DNA from: Octopus vulgaris
Taxonomy: Eukaryota
Direction: 5' to 3'
Assembly: GCA_951406725.2 (NCBI GenBank)
Contig: OX597821.1
Location: 34,658,001 to 34,722,000 of the forward strand
Length of the DNA: 64,000 bases
Shown: positions 53,731-64,000 of the stretch, one piece after another
Layout: each line of letters opens with the position of its first letter
How positions within the stretch are numbered: position 1 is the stretch's first letter
Position numbers and translations under genes: made by a program
Notes under the pieces: generated by a model
The model's database searches: none
Told to the model about the DNA's origin: nothing
The model's input: only the letters and a program-made list of their open reading frames with translations

Positions 53731-55023
53731 CCAAGAATACCTAAGAATACCCAAGCATAACTAAAATGTCTCCTGATCGATAAGTTTGCAATGATTTGTT
53801 TCAAGTACCAACTGAAGGTATTGATGTATGTGAAAGTAAGTACAACAAAACTGGGATTTGATTGAGACAGTTATTGCTAAATTTGAAAAGTTAAAAGCAC
53901 AAAGCACAAACAATCGATATCCAGGGGATCAATCTGTCTGCAGGCAAGGCTGCGTGGTTAAGAAAGTTGCTTTGCAATATATGGTTTTGGGTTTCGATTC
54001 CACTATATGTCAACATGACCAAGTGTCTTTGATTATATCTTCACACTTGACCAATGACTTATGAATGGAATTTTGGACATATATAGATATATATACATTT
54101 GTAAGAGGATTCCATGTATGTATATGTGTGTGCATGCGAACCCATTAGTATGAATAAGGAGAAGAGACATGGTATACTAAAATTAGAGTGCTCTTGAACA
54201 CTAGGAAACAAACGCCGTTCGTTGGACCATTATGGGTGCAGGCTATTCTCTTCCCGGCAGATGTGTGCAGTTTCCCAACAGAATTTTACCTTTCTGGTTA
54301 GAAGTTGTGCACGACTGCTGGTAGTGGATTAAAGAACTTACACTTCTGTAACGCTCTTCTGTTGATTCTTCTTGAGGCAAAAGGCGAAGTATTGCGAAAA
54401 AAAAAAAAATAAAAGAAGAAGAGTGAAAGAGAAAAAAAAACACGATAATGGCAGCTGAGATACAGTTGGTGATGAGTGATGTTGTGAAAGTCAAATCACC
54501 TGATTTCGATGGTCTGCCCTAGGAGTTTTAGAGCTACATGTCAGGCCTATTTGCTCCACTCTTAGCAAGCATCTATCACAACTAAAAGCTTATTTCGGAA
54601 TATTCTCAGTGGTGTTAGCTAGGGAGTGGTGGTCATGCTGAAAAACGAAGTGAACATCATACATAATAATATCTGGTTTTTAACACTACTAAATGAAACG
54701 CTTAAGATTTTGACCATAGTGCAGCGCATTTGTCGGTGACATTCTGGCTTGTTCTGCGGTTCCGTTGCTTGTGTATGCGTGTGTGTGTATCGTACCAACG
54801 TTGCTGGAATGAGTTATTGGTTAGTTTCCAGATGGCTGTGCATGATAATTTAATAACACTAAGCAAACATTTAAATATAATTTATTATCGTTGCACAAAT
54901 CATATGAAGTTGGTCGTGCATTGCAAATATACACAGAGTTCAGCAAGATGAAAGAAATATAATATAACATGCAAAATAGCTGGATGTCAGAATTCACCAT
55001 TGGGACTGGAAAAAACGCCAGGA

Positions 55024-55070
<47 letters not shown>

Positions 55071-55073
55071 TAA

Positions 55074-55175
<102 letters not shown>

Positions 55176-55199
55176 GCGCCGCTTCATGTATGTCATCAA

Positions 55200-56400
55200 A
55201 AATTTCATATCAGTTTAAGCATGCAGTCGTTAAAACGACTTGGCTTAAGTGGAGGCAGTCATTCAGCCCTTATGTCTGTAACACTCTACAAATTGGCGCC
55301 TAGATTAACTCTATTGATAACCGTTGGAGGGAAAAGTTTCAGAGTTTTCCAGAATAATTTTTTCCGAGATGTCTGGGTTTTTGATCGGACTGAACACATG
55401 ATCAAGCCGCTTCCATATTGTCACTTGAAATCCGCCATGAGTTCGCATCCTGCTTCAGTTCTTCATTGGCAGATAGTTATTTCCCTTGTGCGACTTCGTT
55501 AACTTTGCATGATAGGAGCTGGCCACACTTATTAACGGTAGTCTCCTGGAATACGAAGGGAAGAGTTTTCTAGCCGTGATGTTCCCTGACACTAGATATG
55601 TGGAGTCCACTCTGGTGTCATTTTAATCTAAAGGCTATATTACCTGGATAGAAATCTAGAGGGTTATAAGTTTTTGAATTAGACCCGATCCTGACTTACA
55701 AAACAAGACATTTCATTGGTGGTGCATATTTTGCAATATAAAGGCAATGGCGAAGATCAACTCTTCAGGCTATTCTAGAGGACTTTCAACCCAGAAACAA
55801 TGGGCAACTTCCAGAAATCCCTGGCCTGACAGTGTTATATGTAGAACATTGCTAGCACAGAAGTGTTGTCAGCCTGAACCTGCTGTGTAGACAGCAATGG
55901 AACTATTCTGAATCCACTCGTTTGGAACCTGAGCATTGCTGACTTATATACAGTTATGTTGAATAGATGTTGTACAAAGCACGGATTTCACTATCAGTCA
56001 TATGTGTTGTGCGAGTCACATCAATGCCTTCCTGGCCAAAGAGGTCATGACGTTTTCCATTGTCTGGTGGCTATGACAGAAAAAAAATTTTTTTTGTGGT
56101 GATGGTCGCTCTTTAACCTTCGACCAAATGCTTTTTGCCTTTTTGGAGTTGTACTTGCAGAAGAAGATGTCGGTTGGAAGGGAGAGGTGCTGCTTTACTG
56201 CAAATATGTTGTAAGGTTGAAAGATAGGAGGAATTAGGGAGTATTTAGACCAGAAAACGACATCTTGGAGAGGGCAGTTGCCTTTTGGCAGTAACGGTAA
56301 TTAGGATCAGTGGAATTCCCTGATTTACTTTAGGTAGGCATTTATCTATTCGGATCCTTTATTTATTTATATATATTGATGTGTTTCATTACTATAAAAA
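55200..56400 (+). mobile_element. Probable degraded L1/Tx1-clade LINE ORF2 3' portion
   Basis: RTFNPETMGNFQKSLA*QCY near 55780-55840 and downstream remnants resemble the ORF2 zinc-knuckle region; many stops and frameshifts. Confidence 0.4.
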
Positions 56401-57602
56401 TGGAAAGATTTGTCCTCATGGAGATCTCATCGCTTTTATGTAAATCGTCTCCATTTCGACTTTTTTCTTGTAATTTGTTCTTGTAATGCCCTTTTCATAC
56501 GTCACTCTTGTGGCAAATGCAGAAAGGGTCCTCTCTCCCACCCTCCTCCTCCTCTTCCTCCTCGTTGTTGTTATCATCTTACTATATTTAGAGTACACAT
56601 ACTCTACACCCGATCAAATCTATTAGGTAACTCTGGGTAGATTTATGATTATAGGCCAGTTTTTTTTATTTTTACCAATTATTGATAATATATTTTTTTA
56701 ATGAAATATGTATGTTTCCTAAGAGAACTGCTTCTAAAAATCACAGACAAAACGTTTACCAGACAGTTCTTCGATTTTCAGCTTTGTATCACGCTTCACT
56801 GCTTCAAATGCTCCCATGACTACTGGGAATGTTCATATGTACGTCCATATTTCAGATTTTTCAATATTTCTATTTCCAGCTCTTTGTATTTATAGAAATT
56901 GTTTTCATTTTGCAACCTCATTTACTGAGATGTTATTGTCTGCTGGGTAAGCCACATCAATAATTATACAAGATCTCCATATCATGTCTTTTCTTACAAC
57001 AAACGGTTAATTCTTGTTCTAATATTCCACATCTCTGTTTCTCTTTCCAAGTTGCTGCTGTTTTTGTTTAGCCCCTGGTTAATCTGAATCAACAAACCTA
57101 TAACCGAAAGATTTCCAGCCATGAACATCCTGGATCTTCTTTTCTTTTTATACCAGGGTGTAGTGAACTTCATGCAGGCATAGCGTGGATTCGATCCTCA
57201 ATCGCCAAATTTCACTTAACAGTACGACGGACTTTTCCCATAGAGAAACATTAATTTAACAAGAGTGACATTCAACAGATGTCTTCCCTAAGCTGATTTA
57301 TGACTTTGCCACTTGACCTCGGCTAACCTTTTTGCATGTGATGGAGAGTTAAATTGACAGAACAATAGACCTCCTAAAATACCCATTGTTTGGATAACGG
57401 TATGTCTCACTTTCTCGCGATCTTGCGATAATCATATATACAGAAGATTAGTGAGAACGGAGTTTGGCTGACCGGCTGAACTAAACGCCGTCTCAAAAGG
57501 AAAAAGCACAAAGGAACAACTACGGTAACTCACCAACGAAGCAGTTGTTTCGTCCCATCACTCTCACTGTCACTAACTTACTTCCTTTTCTCTGTAACAT
57601 TA

Positions 57603-57648
<46 letters not shown>

Positions 57649-58285
57649 ACTACTATGAGATTGTGTACACACCCCAGCCGAAATTAACTCTTTTTGTCTC
57701 GCATGCTTTTCCATTTACTAATTATACATACCAACCCGTCGTAGTTTTGGATATATACGAAGTAAAGGTAAATAAAAGCCTCTTTACAATTTCAATCACT
57801 GTTCTTCTTTCATCTTGCATACTGGCAGCCAACACCTTAACAACAAACCGTTACAAGGGAATAAACTCTCCGAAGTAACCTCCTTTATTTGAAAGATAGT
57901 GTGTGATTTAAAGACAATTTAGCGGCATTTCTTCTAGCTTATTACATTCTGATTTCTAATTGTGTCGAGGTCGATTTTACCATTCTTCCTTTTGGAATCG
58001 CTGAAATAAGTACCAGTTGAACGCTGGAGTGGATGAAAGCGAGTAGACCCTTGACTCCAAATTTCAGGCATCATACCTTTAGTAGAAAGGATTATCTCAT
58101 GGAATTTTGCCGGGCAAAATACTTACCGACATTTCAACCGTCTTTACATTCTGAGTTCAAATTCAGCCGACGTCAACTTCACCGTTCATCCTTTCGTCTT
58201 TTTAATGAAGTTAAGTCCGAATGATCACACGAAAATGTCTCAAGAAGATATTATAAACGGTTTCGCTGAGGTCGCCAACTTCGTA

Positions 58286-58422
58286 TACTCTTTATTCTTT
58301 TACTCTTTTACTTGTTTCAGTCATTTTGACTGCGGCCATGCTGGAGCACCGCCTTTAGTCGAGCAAATTGACCCAGGACTTATTCTTTGTAAGCCTAGTA
58401 CTTATTCTATCGGTCTCTTTTG
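58286..58422 (-). mobile_element. SINE family A, 5'-truncated
   Basis: Tail plus ~110 nt nearly identical to other copies. Confidence 0.85.
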
Positions 58423-60449
58423 AGACGATATATATTGTTTCCGGTATAAATTAATATTACTAAGAAATATTACCTGTCCCTGGCACATTGCGCAAGAAAA
58501 ACCGCCTTATGCCGCATCAGATAGATTGAGAAGCACTGCTCTAAGGTACTTTTCCGACGCTCAAACATTTTTGCCTGCTTGTCGCCTTTTGTAGTCCTTT
58601 CTACTCTATAAACATAATGGCGGAAATTTTTGGAGAGGGAGGCTAATCAATTACACTGATCCCAGTATTTAACTGCTGTTATGTGTAGTTTCGTTCTCGA
58701 TGGATGATAGACAACTCAAATGAAGGCATTGTTATTGCTTTACGTGTTTATTTACTTTATTTGTTACACGAACTGTCAACATTCGGCGTAGTAATACATA
58801 TATACTTTAGACATAGTTCGTACTGTTTACTAACAAAATAGTGCCAAAAGTGGGGATGTATTCTACACACGTATACCTACGTATACACATAGATATGAAT
58901 GTGTAACAACTGCTTCTTATTTTGCCGATTCCGACAGGCGAAAGGTAAAGTTGGCCCAGGCAGAATTTGAATTCAGAAAGTAATGCTGGAAGAAATGTTG
59001 CTAAGCAATTTGTCTCGCTTTGTTAATGATTCCAACAGCTCACCGGCCTTTTCATGCTGTCTACTATAGGCACAATGCCTAAACTTTTAGAGGACAGGGC
59101 TAGTAAATTAAATCGATCTCCAGTGTGAAATTGGTTCTTATTTTATCAGCATCAAAAAGATGTTTGATAATGGAAGGCAAGGTTTACGATATCGGAGGAA
59201 TATCGTTTCCTTTCATCATCTTCTTTTGTTTTTCAAGTAGTTCAGGCTTTCGGCAGACGAAGATAAAAGACTTCAGGTACAACTGCTATTTACAACTGGT
59301 TCATTTACAGGAAAGGTGAAGTGTGCAGCTCTCAGCTACCATCTTAAGCTCTGATAGTGTGGGTGCATTGCCTCTGGAGATACACAGGCAGAAAATCTCA
59401 GCCAGTGTTGCTGTGGATGATGGCACTGAAAGGGGCAGATTTGAATCGGTTTCCTGTTTATATAGTTTCCATCGCGAGCCTCGTTGTGATCTTGCACATG
59501 GCAAAAGGATGCAGGTGAGGTCTCGCTCCAGTCTCGGATCTCACCCAATGTGGCGCTGGCTGCTTGTGCCGCTACAGTTGGAAAACAAAGTCCACCTCGG
59601 TGCTGTTTGAACTCAGAAAGTAAAGGGAAGGAAGATGCGATTTAGGGCATTTTAACTGACGGGCAAACGATTCTTGCTATTTTGCGGCCTTTAATTAAAA
59701 TAGCAACAACACAACACAAGAAAAAAGAGCACTAAACTTAGCACTTCTAAGTAAGAAAGTTCAGCAAGAAAGTTTAGTAACAAAGTTTAGTAACTAACAT
59801 AATGAAATGTGCAGTTCTATATAATGAACTGTGTACAGACATCTATAAAGTACGACGTCAGAAATTAAACAGAGACATATAAATCATATGTTTGAAAACA
59901 AACCACAAACCAGGAGGATGTCGCCGGCATTATAAATGATTTCACAATTAGGCATAATAATTGTTAATTGAACACCAAATGTCTGAAATGTCTGAAATGT
60001 ATAATTGCAAATTTGATTATCGTTTGTTCGATTAATAACCTCATTCAGAACATTTTACAATATTTACATTTTCGAGGCTACATTCCGATCGTTGTAATCT
60101 TCAGTCGGCTTCAGGTCATTTACTCCTTGGTCTTTCTTTTCTATCTTTTCCTTGTTTCAGTCATTGGACTGCGGCCATGCTGGGGTAATGCCTTGAAGAG
60201 TTTAGTGAGATCTTTAGATGCATGTATTGGTATGTATTGCAAGAAATGGCTTGGTTTCTTTCATAGTTCAACTTACACGAGGGAATATATAAAAACGAAA
60301 TAGGAATTTTAAAAGAAGCATTTATAAAACTAGTTTTTAAAGAGCGAATGGCTAGTGTGTGTGTGTGTGTGTGTGGAGGGGAGTATCCACTAGAATAAAA
60401 TAGCAATCAAAGGGGTCCATAGGTAATAAATATTTGGGAACCCTTGGTT

Positions 60450-60557
60450 TAGTCGAACAAATCGCCTACCCCTGAGTTTGGCACTAATGCTCTTTTGCTG
60501 AACCATTAAGTAATGGCACGTAAATGAAGTGACACTGATTGTCAAGTGGCGGGAGGA

Positions 60558-60603
<46 letters not shown>

Positions 60604-60984
60604 ACACATGCACACACACACACACAACACACACACACACACAGCACCTTGGGTAACTGTCTTCTACTTTAGCCCCAACCCAACCAAAGCCTTGTGAGTG
60701 GATTTGGTGAACGGAAACTAAAACAAACTGAGGTAAGAAGCATGGTTCCGGGTTCAGTTCCACTGCGTGGCACTTGGGCAAGTCTGTGTGTCCCGCCATC
60801 GCTTGACAACGTGTGTTGGTGTGTTTACGCCGTGGTCGGGCAAAAGAGACCGATAGAATAAGTACCAGTCATAAAACAAAACAAAACAAAACAAAACTAA
60901 CTTCTGGGGTGGGTTCGTTCCACTAAGTCTTCAAGGCGGTGCCCCAGCATGGCCGCAGTCCAATGAGTGAAACAAGTAAAAGAT
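60450..60984. mobile_element. Two SINE family A pieces in opposite orientation (~60450-60730 minus, 60741-60984 plus)
   Basis: catggttccgggttcagttccactgcgtggcac...ccccagcatggccgcagtcc...aaacaagtaaaag plus adjacent diverged fragments; orientation of the left piece is partly scrambled. Confidence 0.6.
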
Positions 60985-61492
60985 AGGGCACACGGCCTCA
61001 GATTTTGTGGTAGTGGGTAAGTCGACTGGTACTTATTTTATCCAACCCGAAAAGATGAAAGGCAGAGTCGGCCTTTGAAACAGAGCTTCTGCATGTTTCT
61101 TTTATTGCTGCCAATAATATCTTCTTGAGACATTTTCATATGATCATTCAGATTTAACTTCATTCAGAAGATGAAAGGATGAAAGGTGAAGTTGACGTCG
61201 GCGGAATTTGAACTCAGAACATAAAGACGGTTGAAATGTCGGTAAGTATTTTGCCCGGCACACTAAACGATTCCATCAGATAATCCTTTCTACTAAAGGT
61301 ACGATCCCTGAAATTTGGAGTGAAGGGGCTACTCGCTTTCATCCACTCCATTGTTCAACTGGTACTTATTTCAGCGACTCCAAAAGGAAGAATGGTAAAA
61401 TCGACCTCGACACAATTAGAAATCAGCTAAGATCATTTTTGCTCGTAAAATACACGTTCTAGTTAAAATTAGGTCTATTTCCCACCCGTCCC

Positions 61493-61527
<35 letters not shown>

Positions 61528-61577
61528 ACACACACACACACACACACATACACACACACATGGGTGAACTTAAATTG

Positions 61578-61871
61578 ATTGTGAGGTTGTGAGCTTGAAT
61601 CCCGGACCGGGCTGTGTGTTAGGTTCTTGAACAAGACACTTTATTTCACGTTGCTCCAGTTCACTCAGCTGTAGAAATGAGTTGCGACGTCACTGGTGCC
61701 AAGCTGTATCAGCCTTTGCCTTTCTCTTGGTTAACACTAGTGTCGTGGAGAGGGGGAGGCTGGTATGCATGGGCGACTGCTGGCTTCCATAAACAACATT
61801 GCCCGGACTTGTGCCTGGGAGGGTAACTGTCTAGGTGCAAACCCATGGCGAGTCATGACCAAAGGGGTCTT
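61578..61871 (+). mobile_element. SINE family D with CpGs retained
   Basis: Colinear with the 7015 copy. Confidence 0.8.
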
Positions 61872-61937
61872 AGGATGTATGTATGTACGTTCGTACGTAC
61901 TTATGTATGTATGTATGTATGTATGTATGTATGTATG

Positions 61938-61984
<47 letters not shown>

Positions 61985-62032
61985 GGTCATCTTTACCTTG
62001 TTATCTCCCCTACTTTCCTTCTCGTGTTTAAC

Positions 62033-62240
62033 TCTTCTGTCCGGCACTAGTCGCCATGATAGATCGTTAGCCACTACACACATTCTTTTTCTCTCCTTTT
62101 TTTTCTGTGTCCCTTTCTGTAGAAGAGTGTACGCTCGAAATGTAAAAGACTTTTTCTATTCCTGAGCGTTATACTAATACATCTGTTTGTTTTGTACACC
62201 ATCTGTCTTCGTCTTTTGTTTCTTTTCGTAAACTCCCCCT
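62033..62240 (+). mobile_element. Penelope-terminal-like repeat (family F)
   Basis: Reverse complement of the 23706 and 34128 copies; ctgtagaagagtgtacgctcgaaatgtaaaag. Confidence 0.55.
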
Positions 62241-62401
62241 ATATGTATGTATGTATTGTGTATATATATGTGTGTGTACACACAAACATACAAAAATATA
62301 TGCATACATGTACGTACGTACGTACGTATGTATGTATGTATGTATGTATGTATGTATGTATGTATGTATGTATGTATGTATGTATGTATGTATGTATGTA
62401 T

Positions 62402-62695
62402 AGGCGCAGGCATGGCTGCATTGTTAAGAAGGACGCTTTGTGCAGCTCCTTGGATAAATATCTTCTACTACAGCCCCAGATTGATTAATGTCTTGTAAAT
62501 GAATTCGGTAGACGAAAACTGTATGGAAGCCCATTATATATATGCGTCTGTTCATGTTTGTTTCTGCTTGTGTTTTCCTCTACGCACAATCGTTGGGCAA
62601 TCCATTTGTTAATAGATTGATAGAATAAGTACCAGGCTTACAAAAGAGTACTGGGGTTCGTTTGTTCGACCATAAATCCCTTTCAAGACGGTGTC
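62402..62695 (+). mobile_element. SINE family A, diverged
   Basis: Head aggcgcaggcatggctg, then gatagaataagtaccaggcttac. Confidence 0.6.
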
Positions 62696-63074
62696 GGGTG
62701 CGGCGGGAAGCCACAACAACTGTGACAACGGCAGGCTAACGGAAGGAGCTTGATGATGCTCTTGATCAAACAAACGAACGAACCTGTTGTAGGCAACGGT
62801 GTGTATGGGAGCAAGGATGTATATCTACCCATATTCGTCTGTCTTGCGGCCGCCCGGCCTTTTATGTTGTTGTATATGTATAATTACTATATTTATTTTA
62901 TTTTGTCGCGTTTGTTTTCGTCATTGTCCTGTACAACGTTCGTTAGCTATTCCCAGTGGCGTTTCGCCACCGGCACCACCAAAAATCAATGTTGAAGGTG
63001 CAAAATTGTAAGGATCTTTTGGACGTTGACTGATGAGGAAATAGCTACGAATTTTTCCGTTTGTTGTTTTTGTT

Positions 63075-63130
<56 letters not shown>

Positions 63131-63131
<1 letters not shown>

Positions 63132-63391
63132 ATTAGAGATAAAACCACTATTAGGCAAATCAAACAGTGAAAAACATAAACCAAAACATAGAAATAAAAT
63201 TAATTAATATAATATACAAAATATATAAAATATGAAATTCAAAATTTCAATTATTAAAAAATTTTAAATAATTTAAATTTTGAATTTTATATTTTGTATA
63301 TTTTGTATATTATATTAATTAATTTTATTTCTATGTTTTGGTTTATGTTTTTCACTGTTTGATTTGCCTAATAGTTGTTTTATCTCTAATT
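63131..63391. repeat. AT-rich near-perfect palindrome, 130-bp arms, essentially no loop
   Basis: aattagagataaaaccactattaggcaaatc... mirrored by ...gatttgcctaatagttgttttatctctaatt; centre at 63261. Confidence 0.95.
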
Positions 63392-63465
63392 TAATTTATA
63401 TTTATACTGTAAAATTAGATTTTATCCTAGATCTAATTTTTCCCTGTAAGTTTAGATTTACTCCC

Positions 63466-63523
<58 letters not shown>

Positions 63524-64000
63524 TATATAAAACGGATGAAATTAATTAGTAAACAGTAATATGAAATGTCGGAGTCGTTATCAGTTTGTAAGGATTGGTT
63601 CTTCGTTGATTGCCATTATGTAAAGATGAAAGTACAGTGATTGAAGTCGAGAAGAAAATATTTATTTACCGTTACATTTGTATATACCTTCGTTCGACGG
63701 GCAGGTAATAAAATCCTAGAGCATGCGAAGTAAAAAAAGTTAATTTCGGCCTGTATGTTCTTATTGTAGTAGTCAACCATAGAGAGAGAGATATAGAAAT
63801 GTACAGAGAAGAGAAAGTGAGTTAGTGAAAGTGGGAGAGTGTGGGAAGTTGGGTCTCGTATAGTCGCTTTTTCGCTCTGGCCGTTTGTGGCCATGATTCT
63901 AGAGGTCGGTTTCTCTAACTGATGTCAGCTCTCTCTCAACTCACGAGTTGTCACCGTGTGACTAACTTGGTATCGTGAAACAATTCAATATATACAAGAA

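Larger units (their letters stand above)
57949..61426. repeat. ~250-bp inverted repeat pair (57949-58200 / 61168-61426)
   Basis: Arms share the same two-SINE junction and private substitutions; spacer ~3 kb. Confidence 0.9.

Noticed and set aside
57400-57720. TCTCGCGA promoter-like motif and a minus-strand GTGAGT donor
   Set aside because: Single short motifs are expected by chance, and no linked exon was identified.
59240-59610. ORFs on both strands in a GC-richer patch
   Set aside because: No motif recognised; flanked by SINE B fragments and probably an unclassified repeat insertion.
63616-63894. 92-aa minus-strand ORF near the CpG-richer window end, with donor-like sites
   Set aside because: No recognisable homology; may be near a promoter or first exon but cannot be supported from this window.

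Overview
AT-rich, microsatellite- and retroposon-dense eukaryotic genomic DNA; the SINE families and simple-repeat load point to an octopus (coleoid cephalopod) genome (inferred, not searched). The only recognisable protein-coding sequence is a 70-aa heterotrimeric G-protein gamma subunit (37128-37340, +, CaaX end CTIL) in one coding exon with a splice acceptor 8 nt upstream of the ATG. Most other ORF-track entries are microsatellite or repeat artefacts. The rest is a mosaic of at least five SINE-type families (labelled A-E here), CR1/L2, L1/Tx1 and Penelope remnants (with hammerhead ribozyme motifs), two mariner relics, a Helitron and hAT/piggyBac/pogo-type MITEs. Lead hypothesis: several + strand splice acceptors give short phase-1 C-terminal peptides (including two look-alike 8-aa tails, DYKHVLSM* and DYRPVKAI*), and the G-gamma exon is also open and in frame in phase 1, so it may double as an alternative last exon of an unidentified upstream host gene. 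This is speculative and needs RNA-seq. Repeat boundaries are approximate.
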